Assembly (NCBI GenBank): GCA_013265495.1
Contig: MU057640.1
Coordinates: 505,303-569,302, forward strand
DNA: 64,000 nucleotides
Origin: Vicugna vicugna
Lineage: Eukaryota
Reading direction: 5' to 3'
Shown: positions 1 through 13,173 of the stretch, one piece after another
Position numbering within the stretch: the first letter of the stretch is position 1
Layout: each line of letters begins with the position of its first letter
Position numbers and translations under genes: made by a program
The notes under the pieces: model-generated
Databases searched by the model: none
The model's input: the letters and a program-made list of their open reading frames with translations, nothing else
What the model was told of the DNA's origin: nothing

Positions 1-3000
1 CTGCTAGGCTGCCCCTTTCCTGATCCTTTGGACAGAGATAGCATTATTTTGTTGGGGCTTTTTTGGTCTATGTTTGTTGGTGTTTCTGGGTTATCAGCTT
101 TCCAAAACCCAGTCTGGGATATGTAAACCAAAAAGAATGCCCAGGGAACTCACCACTCTGTTGTTCCTTGGGTGAGAATGTCCCTAGCTGGTCACCCTTG
201 TTCTCTTTACCCTTTCGTGTCTTACTTTTTGTTGTATAAACAATGTCTAGGAGTTTTATTTGTACTTAGTGGGAGCAATATGGAAGAGTATATCTACCCC
301 ATCCTTCCAGAAGCAGAAGTCTCTGGGTTGCTTTTTTTGTTTTAAAAAAAAAAGTTAATGGCTTTATATGAAGTATAACTGACGTAGTATAATCTGCACA
401 TATTTAACAGATACAGTTTGTTAAGTTTTTACATGTGTTTACCCGTGAAACCAGCACCACAGTCAATATAGTGAACATATGCATGACTCTCAAAAGTTTC
501 CTTTTGTCCTTTGTAATCCCACCCTCCTGTTCTTCCTCCTACCTCTACCTTTCATCACTTCCAAACTGCAGGCATGCTTTCTATACTGGAATCATACGAT
601 ATGTACTTCTTTTTTTGGTGGCTAGTAGGATGTGGTCTTCACTTTTTCTCAGCCTGGTTATTTTGAGATTATCCCTATTCTAGCAGGTATCAATGTTTCA
701 TTCTTTTTTATGCCAAGTAGTATTCCATTGTATGGCTATATCACAGTTAGTTTATCCATTCATCTGTTGATGGATGTTTGGGTTTGTTTCCAGTTTTTGA
801 CTATTATAAATAAAGCTGCCACGAACATTTGTGTATAAGTCTTTGTATGTACATATACTTTCATTTCTCCTGGGTAAAATATCTAGGAGTATAATGGCTA
901 GATCATAAAGAGAGATATATGTTTAACAACATAAGAAATTGCCAGGCTGTTTTTCAAAGTGGTTGTACCATTTTATGTCCACTCCAGCAATGTATGAAAA
1001 TTCCAGTTTATCTGTATTCCCACTAACACTTGGTATGGTCAGTTTTTTTTTTTAAGTTTTAGCCATTCTAATTGTTCTATAGTGATATCTCATTGTGATT
1101 TTACTTTATACTTACCTAATTAATGTTGAGCATCTTTACATGTGCTTATTTGCCATCCATATATATTCTTTGGTAAAGTGTTCAAATCTTTGGACCATTT
1201 TAAAATTAAGTTGTTGGTTTTCTTATTAATAAAATTTGATAGTTCTTTATATGTTCCAGATACAAGACCTCTCCAAATTTGTCTTTCTTTTTCAAAGTTA
1301 TTTTGGCTATTTTAGGTCCTTTGTATTTCCATATGAGTTTTGTAATCAGTTTGTCAATTTCTACAAAAAATCTGCTGGGATTTTGATTGGGATTGTGTGA
1401 AATCTAGATCAACTTGGGGAAAACTGACAGTTCTCAATATTGAATCTTCTAACCCATGAGTATAATATTTCTCCCCACTTATTAATGTCTCTTTTAATTT
1501 TTCTCATCAATAATTTTTAGTGTCAGTGTATAGGTCATTCACATTTTTGTCAAATTTATTTATAAGTACTTAATATTTTTGATAATATTGTAAACAAATT
1601 TTTAAAAATTTAAATTTCTGATTTTTCTTTGCTAGTATACAGAAATAAAATTTTTTTATGTGTATTTGTCTTGTATCCTGCAACCTTGCTCTACTTGTTT
1701 ATTAGTTCTAGTAGCTTTCTATAGGTTGCACAGCATTTTTTACATAGTTGGTTAGTGAAAAAAGAAGACTTTTCTTTTTGATATGAATGAGTTTTGTGTA
1801 TTTTACATGTCCATCACACTGGCTGGAATGTTCAGTACAATATTAAGTAAAAATTGTAAGAGTAGACGTCCTTATGTTGTTCCTGATCTTAAAGCATTCA
1901 TTCTTTCATGATTAAGTATGATGTTAGCTGTAGGTTTCTTGTAGTTTTGTTTTGTTTTGTTTTTTTTGTAAATCAGATTGAGGATTCTCCTATTTCTAGT
2001 TTGAAAGTTTTAAGTCAAGATTGGGTATTAGATTTTGTCAACTGATTTTTCTGAGTCTTTTGAGATGATCATGTGACTTTGCTTTTGTAGTTTGTTAATA
2101 TGAGTTACATCGATTGATTTTTGAATGTTCAACTAACATTGCATTACTAGGATAAACTCTACTTTGTCATGATATATTATCCTATTTATATATCATTGGA
2201 TTCACTTTGCTAAAGTTTTATTAGAATTTTTGCATCTACGTTCATGAGAGATATTGATCTATAGTTTTCTTGTGTTTGTGTCTAGTTTGGGATTCTGGAT
2301 GATATTGCCCTCATGTAATGAACTGGGAAGTATTCCCTCCTTTTCAGTTTTCTAGAAGAGTTTATGTAGAATTCGTATTTCTTCCTTAAATGCCTTGAAG
2401 CCTTCACCAGTGAATACATCTGGGTCTGGCAGTTTCTTTAAACTATAAATTTAATTTCTTTAATAGATGTAGAATATTCAGGCTATCTACTTCATCTTGA
2501 GTGAGCTTTGGTAGTTTGTGACTTACATGGAATATGTCCTTTTCATCTAAGTTGTCAAAATTTGTTGCAGAAAATTGTCCATACTATTGTATTATCCTTT
2601 TAATATCTGTAGAATCTGTAGTGGTATCTCTTTCTTATTCCTTATATTGGTAATTTGAATCTTCTTTTTTACCTGATCAGTCTGATTAGAGATTTGTCAG
2701 TTTTATTGATCTTCTGAAAGTAATAGCTTTTGGAGTAATTGATTTTCTCTTTTTTTTTCTGTTTTATATTGTATAGTTTTGTTTTGATCTTTAATTTTCC
2801 TTTCTTTTGCTTACTTTGGATTTAATTTACTCTTTTGCTTTTTTCTTAAAGAAGAAACTGAGTTTAATGATTTGTAATCTTTCTTTTCTAATGTAATTTC
2901 TCCCTAAATATAAATACTTGCTTTAGTCTCATTTTATAAATTTTGATATTGTGTTTTTATTTTTATTCAATTGAAATACTTTCTGATTTCCTTTTTTTTT

Positions 3001-4074
3001 CTTCTTTTGCCCATGGATTATTTAGAAGTATGCTATTTAGTTTCCAAATATTTGGGAGATTTTGCAAAGATATACCTGTTATTTATATCTAGTTTAATTC
3101 CATATGGTCAGAGAATACTCTGTATGACTTAGACCCTTTTAAATTTACTGGGGCTTGTTTTATGGCCCAGAATATGGTCTATTTTGGATAAATGTTCTCT
3201 TCTCTTAATTTACTGGGGCTTGTTTTATGGCCCAGAATATGGTCTATTTTGGATAAATGTTCTCTTTCATCTGGAAAAGAATGTGTACTTTCTTATTGTT
3301 GCTTGGAATGTTCTAGAAATATCAATTAAATCAAGTTGTTGATAGTATTGCTCAAATCAACATTCTTACCAATCTTTCTATTTGTCTGTAAACTATAAAT
3401 TATCCAGAAAGAATGGAAATTTCTGACTATAATTGTGAGTTTGACTATTTCTTCTTACAGTTCTTTCAGTTTTTGCTTCATGTGTTTTAAAGTTCTGTTA
3501 TTAGGTACATAAACATTTAGTATTGTTATGTCCTCTTGATAAATTGATCCTTTTGTCATTATATAATGACTTTTTAAATTTCTACTAATATTCTTTCCTC
3601 TGAAATCAACTTTCTATAGTATTAATATAGCTATTCCATCTTTCTTTTAATTAGTGTTAGCATGGTATATCGTTCCCCATTCTTTTAATTTTAACCTATT
3701 TGTGTCTTTATGTTAAAAGTAGGTAGCACTTAGCTGTGTCTTGCTTTTTTAATTGTAACCTGTTGATTTTTTAAAATTAATTGCACTTAGATCATTTATA
3801 TTTAATGTGATTATTGTTATCGTTGGGTTTAAATCCATCACTTTGCTATTTGTTTCCTCTTTATATGTCTGATTTTTCTTCATTTTCTTCCTTTTTGGGG
3901 GTTAATTGAATTTTTAATTATTTCATTTTATCTCTTTTGTTGGCTTGTTAACTCTAACTCTGTTTTGTTATTTTAATGATTGCTTAGTGTTTATAGTATG
4001 CATCTTTAACCACAGTTTACCTTTAAGTGATATTATAATACTTGATGAATAGGATATGGACTCTATAATAGTAT
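1..4074 (-). mobile_element. Old L1M-class LINE-1 fragments, degenerate and antisense to DPF3 (at least two pieces: a 3' end from about 350 and ORF2-derived sequence)
   Basis: T-rich + strand with antisense L1 hallmarks such as 'tagtattccattgtatgg', 'ggttgtaccatttt' and 'tctgctgggattttgattgggattg'. No long ORF. Boundaries approximate. Confidence 0.88.
3142..3266. repeat. Perfect 60-bp direct duplication (3142-3201 and 3207-3266) with a 5-nt spacer
   Basis: aatttactggggcttgttttatggcccagaatatggtctattttggataaatgttctctt occurs twice with a period of 65. Confidence 0.95.
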
Positions 4075-4568
4075 TGTGGTAAACAGAATAATGCCCCCCA
4101 CCCCAAAGATGTCCACATCTTAATCTCTGAAACCTATGAATATGCTACTTTACATGGCCAAAGGGACTTTGCAGATGTCATTAAGTTAAGGACCTTGAGA
4201 TGGGCAGCTTATCTGAGATTATCCAAATGGGCCTCATATAATCATAAGGGTCTTTAAAAGAGGGAGGCAGGAAGTCAGAGTCAGAGCAGGAGATGTGACA
4301 ACAGAAGCAGAGGTTGAAATGATGCAGTGGAGGAAGGGGCTACAATCCAAAGAATGTAAGTGGCCTCTAGAGGCCAGGAAAGTCAAGGAAATAGATTCTC
4401 CCCTGGAGTCTCCAGAAGGAATGCAGTTCTGCTGACACTGTGATGTTTGCTCAATAAGGCTGAGTTTTGACTTCTGACACCTCTGGAACTGTTAAGTGAA
4501 AAATTCATGTTGTTTAAAACCTCTCAGTTTGTGGCAATTCTTTATAGCAGCAATTGGAAACTAACACA
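4075..4568 (+). mobile_element. MaLR solo LTR (MLT1D-like) inserted into the L1
   Basis: TG...CA termini (tgtggt...aactaacaca), 494 bp, MLT1 motifs 'gggactttgcagatgtcattaagttaagg' and 'gattctcccctggagtctccagaagg'. Flanked by a near-perfect 5-bp TSD, agtat/agtgt. Confidence 0.9.
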
Positions 4569-4573
4569 AGTGT

Positions 4574-6465
4574 ACTCTAAAATAAAAGTATTGGCTATGA
4601 CCTTTGTGCTATTGTTATACATTTTATTTACACCTATGGTACAAACCTCATACTGCATAGCCATTATTTTTGTTTAGCCAATTATCTTTTGAAGAGTTTT
4701 GAATAATAATTAAAAACATGTTGTATAATTACTGATGTACTAAGCCATTTCTGATGCTCTCTGTTTCTTGGTGTAGATATATATTTGGATCTAGTATTAA
4801 TAAAGGATTTCCTTTAACATTTCTCATAGTGTAGATTTGCCAATGATTTATCCTTTCAACTTTTGTATGTCTGAAAATATCCTTAGTTTGCCTTAGTTTT
4901 TAAAAATATATGTTTGCTGGGTATAGACCCTAGATTGACAGGTTTCTTTCATCCCTTTCAGTACTGTAATGATGTTGAACCACTGTTTTCATGCTTGCTT
5001 TGTATCTGATGACTAATCATCCTTATCTTTATTCCTTTATGTGTAATGTGGGTCCTTCCTCTGGCTGCTTTTAATAGTTTCTCTTTATCACTGTTTTTGA
5101 GCAGTTTTGCTTGTGATGTTCCTTGTTACAGTCCCCCCCCCCCAGATTTCTTGTGCTTAGTTTTGTTGAGCTACTTGTAATCTGTAGGTTTATAGTTTTC
5201 ATCAGATTTTGAAAATTTCCAGCCTTTTTCCCTACAAGTATTTTTTCTTCCCTCTCTGCCCCTTAGGGACTCCAATTATACATATGTTAGGCTCTTTGAA
5301 GATGTCCCACTATGCTGTTCTCCTCCTCCTCCTCCTCCTCCTTCTTCTTTAAATTCTCCTTTCCCCATGGGTTTTATTTTGGATAGTTTCTGTTGCTGTG
5401 TTTTTAAGTGTACTGATCTTTTCTTCTGCAATGTTTAATCTGACATTAATTCCATCCAGTTTTTTTTCTTAATCTCACACATTGTAGTTTTCATTTTTAG
5501 AAGTTGAATTTGAATCTTTTAAAAAATATCCTATTTTTAGCTTTTGAACAACTGAAATACGAATAATAACTGTTTAAATGTTCTTGCTTCTAACTCTAAT
5601 ATCAGTGTCAATTCTGGTTTGTTTTCAATTGATTTTTTTCCCTCTCATTATAGGTCATATTTTCCAGCTTCTTCACCTGCCTTCTATTTTGAATTGGATT
5701 CCCACCATTGTGAATTTTACCTTGCTGGGTGCTGTATATATATTTTTATTCCTATAAATATTCTGGAGCTTTGTTTTGAGACATTGTCAAATTACTTGGA
5801 AACAATTCAAACTTTTCTTGTCTTGCTTCTAAGATTTGTTAGGTGGAACTGGAGCAGTGCTTAGTCTAGGTCTAATTATTCCCTATTAGTGAGGCAAGAC
5901 CATTCTCTATACCCTACCCAGTACTCCATGAATCATGAGGCTTTCCCAGCTTGCTGGTGGGACCAGACTTTTCCCAGCCCCCTGTGAACTTAAGGCACTG
6001 TTACGTCTAGTCTTACCAGGTGGTTCTTTCCTCAGTATTGAGTAGTTTCCTCACAAGCATGCAAGCTTAGCACTGAGCTGATTACTTGGAGAGGACCCTT
6101 TGTGGATCTCCACAGTTCTTTCTCTGTGCAGCTCTCTTCTGTTTACTATTCTGTTTCTTGAATTCTAGTCATCTGGATCTTCCCAGACTCTCAGCTCTTT
6201 CTCTTCAACTTAGACTCAGGGAGTTTTCTGGGTTCTACCCATGTTCCTCTTCCCTGTGCTGCAGTCTGAAAACCCTCTCGAGGCAGTAAGCTGGGGCAAT
6301 CATAGGGCTCATCTTTTTAGTTCCAGTGTCTCAGGGATCACTTCCCTTCATTGTCTGATGTCCAGTGTCTTAAAAACTCTTGTTTCATTTTCTTCTCTCA
6401 TTCCTGGTTTTAGGTGGGAAGGTAAGTCTGATCCTTGATACACTGTCTTAGCCAGAAACAGATGT
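4574..6465 (-). mobile_element. Continuation of the old L1M element (ORF1/5' region, degenerate)
   Basis: Antisense L1 ORF1/5' region motifs such as 'ctctggctgcttttaa' and 'gggactccaattatacatatgttagg'. Boundaries approximate. Confidence 0.75.
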
Positions 6466-6469
6466 TCCT

Positions 6470-7115
6470 TTTATATTTCAATTTAATTTAATTTTGAAAT
6501 CATATAAAATATTTACATGGTTCTAAAGTCAAATCTACAAAGCATGGTATATTCAGAGAGAGAGTCTAGCTCTATTTCTGTTCTTCTACACTGTTTCTTT
6601 CTTTTTTCTAAAGGCAACTTTCTCTTCTACTTGTTAATATTATGTTGTTATTTGTTCTCTGTAAGTAGCTTTAAGAAATCTTTTTTGTATATCTTTCTGT
6701 GAAAAACTCCTATGCAAACACACAATATATGTATATATATATATGTGTATATCCTCATTTGTTAAAGAAACAATAGTATTTTATACACACTATTCTCCAC
6801 CTTGCTTTTTTCACTTAATAATATATCCCATTGCAGTGTATATTTCAATGGCTTCATTATACCCATTGTGTGGATATACTATTGTTTATTCAACCAGGTC
6901 CCTATAGATGGACTTTGGATTGTTTCCAGTCTTTTTCTAGGTTTGAAAATACTACAATAAATGCATATTTTTGTATTTTTGCATATGAACCTACAATATA
7001 GATTCCTAGAAGTGGAATTGCTGGGGCAATCAAAGGGCAAATACATATGCAATTTTGCTAGAGATGTCAAATTTCCCTTCATAGGGTTGTGCCATTTTGC
7101 ATTCTCACCAGTTGT
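6470..7115 (-). mobile_element. L1ME-like 3' fragment
   Basis: 'tagattcctagaagtggaattgctggggcaatcaaaggg' and 'ccattttgcattctcaccag' are antisense ORF2 C-terminal motifs. Confidence 0.75.
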
Positions 7116-10100
7116 GGATGAGATTGATAGGTATATTTCTAATAGCAGACTCTTTCAACAGCATAGTAGACTTCTTCATGGAAGGGTTAGGGCTAGAATT
7201 ACTTCAATGGAGCCCAGGGTGGAGACTCAAGTCAGGGATATTGGAGAGGCAGCTCCTGTATCAGGTAAGAGTCAGATCCAATAACTTCTAAGCTCCCCTC
7301 TCACATTATAATGTTATTACTGAAGAAAGATCTCTTGACAAATTTAGAAAGCATGTCCTGGTGAGTATCTGATTCTCCACACATCTTCTGTGCCTTACTA
7401 CATTGTTTTTATATCACCAAGGTGCTTTCTCCATGAGCAATTTTAGTTGGTGATAAGAAAGGACACAATAAATTCCACACGTGGCTTGATGGAGGAGAGT
7501 GGATGGACTGGGGACTCTTTTCCTAAGTGTTTTGGTATAGGGAGCTGCTTTCTCAAGGGCAGGACTCTGTGTTTTAAGCCTTCTGTGTGTGGACCAGCAA
7601 TGGAATGGCTCGGAGGAGAGTTCTACAGGATAGTGGAGAGGTTTCGAGTGTGGACTGGGGACTAGGCTACCCTTATGATCTATGTGACCCTGCACCAGTT
7701 ACTTAATCACTGTTAGCCTCACTGTCCTCATCGTTTAAATGTCTCGTAGGCTTGTTGGCACAATGAGATAACAGTGAGTGTGAGGTGTTAGCCTAGGACA
7801 GAGTGAGAGCTCAGGAAATGTTAGCTACCGTTACTGTGACAGCTTTTGAGTGCGAAGGGACCAGTGAGGGGCCTGGGAACCTCTGGGCCAGAAGAAGCAG
7901 GCAGCATTCTGGATTTGAGGTCTACTTTGCTAGCAAAGTCCTGGCACATGGGACACGGAAATTGACTCTTAGAGAGAAGCTCATGGAGAAGAAGGGGAGG
8001 GGAGGCAGAAAGGGGATGCTTGGTGAGCCAGATAGAGAGCCATGCTGAATGCCCAGGACTGCAAACTTTCAGGGAAGAGAGAAGGCATTCTTCTCTCTTC
8101 TCTCTGCTGTACACCAGAAATTGAAACAACATGGCCAGGGATGGTTCAGGAGTGCTTCACTGAAGAGGTGGTCCGTGAGGTGAGGGCTGCTCTTAAACGA
8201 GCCAAGAGGAGAGGGGAGGGCAGAACACCAGAAATGACATGCTGTAAGTACTTGTGAAATACATCATCCCAGCCCCTCAAGTCCTACCTAGGGGCTTATC
8301 ACTCATCCCTCCAGCTCTGTAGAGTTGGTCCAAATTGGCATTTTCAACCACAGATATTAATGGAGCACTTATTATGTGCTGCACCCTGGGGAAATAAACA
8401 TGAGTAAGTTTTGATCTCGTGTAAAGTTCCTTGTGTGGGAGGCTTTCGAACTACAGCTGCTTTGGTGAATCTCTGATATTCTGGTTCAGTAGGATTGGGC
8501 TGGAACCAGGCCTATCTGTCCTTTTCAATAACTGCTTAGGCGGTTCTGACACGCAGTCTTGGTGAAGAATCTCAGGCTCATGAGCAGGTGTAGTCACTGC
8601 CTCTTTCCCCTAACTCCCATTCCCCTCCAGTTTTTGTCTTCACAGTTTGCTCTCCTTCAGACCCAGCCAGGTGGATGGGATGGATGGTTGGGATGAAGAT
8701 ACTTGTCTACTCTTGGGACAGTGGGTGGACACACTGATATAAATACACAACAGGAAGGTTGGTTTTTATTCAAAATAAGGACGAGGCGAGATTCTGTCCC
8801 GATAAGAGTTGACCAACAGTGGGACAGCGTCCTTCAAAGTAATGAGCTTGCCACTGAGGGAGGGTTCCATGGCAGCCAGGCGGCCAACTCCCTGAGCTGC
8901 TACAGGCAGAGCCCTTCCCTGGTGGGCTTGAACTGCCGTCGCTCAGCTCCCTTCAGGGGAAGAGGAAGCCACTCCAGTGTTTCTTTTCAAATCGTTCCCA
9001 TCCCATTTCACCTTCAGAATTCTTAATGGCTCACGCTGTATCTGTCAGAGGTGCTCATAACACTCAGGATCCACCTGCTGAACCGGGGCCACGCGTGTAA
9101 CAAGCGGTCTGTCTGGAGTCTGCCGACTGTGCAGGCGTCGAGCTCATCCTGCTGAATTTTCCTGTGGAGCCAGTTCTCCCCGCAGCCAGTGTGTGAGTTC
9201 CTGTGTGGATGTGTGTGCGTGCGCGTGTGTCCGTCATGTCTGTGCTTGCACATGAGTGTGAGTGTTGTACCTGGAGTTGCAGCTCAAAGTAATAGAAAAG
9301 CAGTTTGCTCATTGGGGTGTGTGAGTGGAGGGGGAGCTGTGGCCTTGGTTACCGAGAGGGCTGGTCCCCGCTCTTGTCTCCCACCTCCCTCTCCCCTCCT
9401 CCATATCCCCCCGGCCCCAGGCTCACTCCTTCAGGTTAATTTCCCTGGTTGCAGCTGTGCCTCCATCCCCCGCCTCCCCCTCCTCCCTCCTCCATCTACC
9501 GCACACACGGGCTTTGAGTTATGTGCCTCCTGTTCTAATGAGATAAACAACATAACTCTCACGAGGCTCTGCTCATCCCTCTATAAGTGGAACTCCAGGG
9601 CTGAACGTGTTGGCCCTATAAAGGCACCCTGGTGCCTGTCAGCTCAGGGAGGAGGGCAAGGAAGGGGGCGGGAGCCCTGAGAGAGTTCTTGGGGCCATTT
9701 GCTTGTTGATACCAGTCGAAGCAGACATCAAAGGGAGGCCTGTTTCCATCCTTGTGGCTAATGGAGCAAAGAGCAGCCTTGTCAAGCCGGTGGGGGCCTT
9801 GTCCTGCCACGTGGGCAGAGAGTCCAGGCTTGTCTGAGTCAGCTAGCTCATGATAATTAATAACTGGCATTTGTATGAGGCTTCATGGTTATAAAGAGCT
9901 TCTTGAATATCAGCTTATCCCCACGACAGTCCCTGTAAGGTAGGTATTACTAACACCCTTATCTTACAGGGGAGGTGATGGGCTCAGAAAGGTGTGGTGA
10001 GATTTCTAAGGTGACAGAGAATGGGTTTCGAGGGCCTGTGCTCTTCCTCTCAACTGTGGAGCTTCTCAATCCAAAGTTTAAGAATGAAATAGACAATCCC

Positions 10101-12894
10101 TTCTTCTAGACATTCAAACTTCTTCCTAAAATGGACTCTCCCCGGAAGGTGGACCTGCAGCTACAAGCTGAGTGGCCCGAGGCAATCTTGGTGCCCCTGA
10201 CCCACAAGTGCAGTGACCACATTCTCAGGGAGGTCAGAGGAACTGGACAAGTGTCGACAGTTTCGACTTCTTATCACTTAGTATTACTTGAGTATGCAGG
10301 TCTAGACCAGTTCCTTCTCACTCGCCTGCCTTTGGTCAGGTTGGAAATACCAGTGAAGTAGCCTGTGGGACCAGAAGGAGTCTAAGACACAGATTCCCAT
10401 CTTGGGGTGGGTGAGGTGGGTTCTGTGCTCAGTTCTGAGCTCTTCTTCTGGGGTCCCTCTTGGATGGTTTGGATGTGGGTGGAGGACTCTCCTGGAGCCA
10501 GAAACAGCAAGGCCAATAGTCATTCCCTTCTGCATTTCCCAGGCTGGTTCTCTTCTGGTTGAACCAGTATTTCTTGATGTACCTTCCAGGCACTGTGCTA
10601 AGTGTTGTGGATACTTGAGATGGACATGGCTCCTGCCATCCTGGATCTTATGAAACTAGTGGGGATGACCGTCTAGTAAGCAGGCAATTAAAGAAGATGC
10701 TTTGGGAAAAATACCGGGAACCCACTGGAAAAACCATTAAACCAGTCTTGGTACATGAGAGAGAACACCCAGGCAGTGACTAGCTGATGCTTAGACATCC
10801 AGAGGTTCTTTGTCAGATTTGGTAACAATCTATAAGTTTCTTAAAAAAACAGAATCGTTCACTTTTCCCTGCCCTGTCCCCTGCCACCTATATTCAGATT
10901 GGGTAGGTCTGGCATGGATTTTGAGCATTGGTGGTAATAAATTCTCCAGGGGATTTTTGGCTTCAGCCTGGATTAAAAATCACTAATACAAGAAGAGTGG
11001 GGTTTATGGGACTAGTTCTGGGATATGGAGCAACAGACTAGCCCTTGTACTTGACCTTCTCTGGAATCCTGGGGAACACCAGCCTCAGAAGTGGCCAGAC
11101 ATCTGGAAGGGAATCCAACTCAGTGTATGCATTTGAGAATTATAGGATGAGAGGTGCCATGGTCCTGGAGTGAACCACACCGGAAACGTCAAACTATTCC
11201 CAGTGATGCCCTCCTCAAACAGAGGTCAGAACTGGACCTCACATGAGACGGAGACCAAGCTTACTTTTTCTGATTGATTTCTATAAACCAGCCAGTCTAG
11301 TCCTCCGAGTCAAGGAGCTCAGAGCTTCAGGATCCTTCTACTGTGCAGAAGACCTTGCAGTTATCAACAAAATCAAGTATTAGAATGACTCTAGGGTGTG
11401 ATGGGCCCTTAGCTCATAACATCAGAGATTTTTCCGGAGCCTCTAGGCTCCATCACCCTCAATGGTTTCTAAGAATCAAAAGGTAGGGGTGGAAGGGTCA
11501 GGACTCCCAACTTGTTCACAGCCTAGCAACCTGTGGGACCAGCTGTGTGATTAATAATGAAACTTAGCACATAAAAAGAATTTGAAAATTTTGTTTCCTT
11601 TAGTGCTGGAATAGTTGCCTCTGCTTTGGATCCAAACCAAATGGGTAGAAATGACAAGTATGAATGAAAAATGAATGGATGGATATATAGCAATAAAACT
11701 TTTGTAGATTTTTCTCTGGAAAGTGCAAAAATGAAGCCAGTTTTTCTCTTAACTTTTAAAATTGGAAGACAGCAGATGGGAACAGGGTTGTGATGTTTTC
11801 TCAGCCCCATGGTCCTAGGCCGAGGAAGTGGCCCTCTCATGGGAGGCTGCCTGCATCTAACAGTTGTCACGTGCCACGTGTATCTACAGAAGACTGAGTT
11901 GTGACTTTGATGAAAGTGAACTGGAACATTTCCGTTCATTCATTCATTCAAACAGCAAATGTTTAGTTTGATTCTTCTCTGTGTTGGGCACGGTTCTGGC
12001 TCTGGGGATTCTGACGTGAGCAAGACAAGGTCCTGTCCTCGCGAGGCCTTTCACTCTGGCGGGGGTGGGTCAGTTGGCTTGCTGGTTTATTAGGGGGTGC
12101 ATTGGGCAGTCTTCTTAGTCTGCAAATGACCTGACCAGTCTTCAGCCCTCTTCCTCTCCCCTCAGCCTCCACCCTGCCTTTTTCTCTGGGAATAGACCAT
12201 GGTCTAGTGTGGGGAGTCCATGTTCCTGCAAGGCCTCTGGCTACCACGCTACGCACCACAGGATCCACAAGTGTGTGGCCTGATGAGGAGGAAGGCTCCT
12301 CCGGGCTGCTTGGCATGACAGATGATGCTGGTGCGGAACTGTGGTGTCAAAGGCCAAATCTAAGTGGAGACTCCTGTTGGGAGACAGTGTGACACGTTTA
12401 AGCCTGGCCACTGGACTCCTGTTCATTTCTTTTTGTGAGGCCCAGGAAAGGGCAGGGATGTACGTCTGCCAGCTGTGCAGGCACGGAGCCTGGTCTCAGG
12501 AGCAGGCTTATGTTCTGATGGAGTTTGCACAGGGCTCCCTTTGGCTCCAGCGAGTTGCCTAAAGCCATCAGTGGGTGGAAGAAGCCAGTGGGTAGGAGAT
12601 CTGGCTCCTTGATCCTGTTTACTTGAAATGTTTCCCAGTCTGGGCTGTCTGTAGGTAGATGGACTGACCTCTGCTGCTCCACCTGGAGGGGAACCTGCTT
12701 GACCTGGACAGAGGGGCAGTCGATGGGCAGTAGCTGGATACGCACTGCCTTGGAAACCCCGTGATAAGGTTAAATCTGGAAAAGTCCCTCTTGTGGTTTG
12801 AAGGTTCCTCTGATCTTCTTCCTGGGCCAGGAGAGAAGAACTGGTTTTGGTCACAGTGATGGCTCATTTTGGCATGTGCTTGCTGAGACAGCAC

Positions 12895-13040
12895 TGTGGA
12901 GCAGACAGAGCAAGGGTCCTGGGGTCAGATGACCTAGATCCTACCTCAGCTCCACCGTCTACCAGCTGTGTGACCTCTCACTGTGAATGAAACAGTTAGA
13001 CAGGGTTGGTTTCCAAGGCCCTTCCAGCCTGGAGCCTTTA
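12895..13040. mobile_element. MIR/MIR3 SINE remnant just upstream of the exon 3 acceptor
   Basis: 'accagctgtgtgacct' core and 'aaggcccttccagc' 3' motif. Confidence 0.65.
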
Positions 13041-13065
13041 ACCTTTACACTGTCTCTGTCCACAG

Positions 13066-13173
13066 GCCTCGCCCCGGGCCAGCTGTACACGTACCCTGCC
13101 CGCTGCTGGCGTAAGAAGAGACGATTGCACCCGCCTGAGGATCCGAAGCTGCGGCTGCTGGAAATAAAACCTG
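13066..13173 (+). CDS. DPF3: DPF3 coding exon (exon 3 by human numbering): (G)[35 protein letters not shown], end of the Requiem/d4 N-terminal domain with basic KKRR
   Basis: Acceptor tgtctctgtccacag|GC and donor CCTG|gtcagt; 108 nt, phase 1/1. The peptide sits in ORF 12987-13433 and is recognisable as d4-family; the [15 protein letters not shown] segment is the DPF3 version. Confidence 0.97.
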
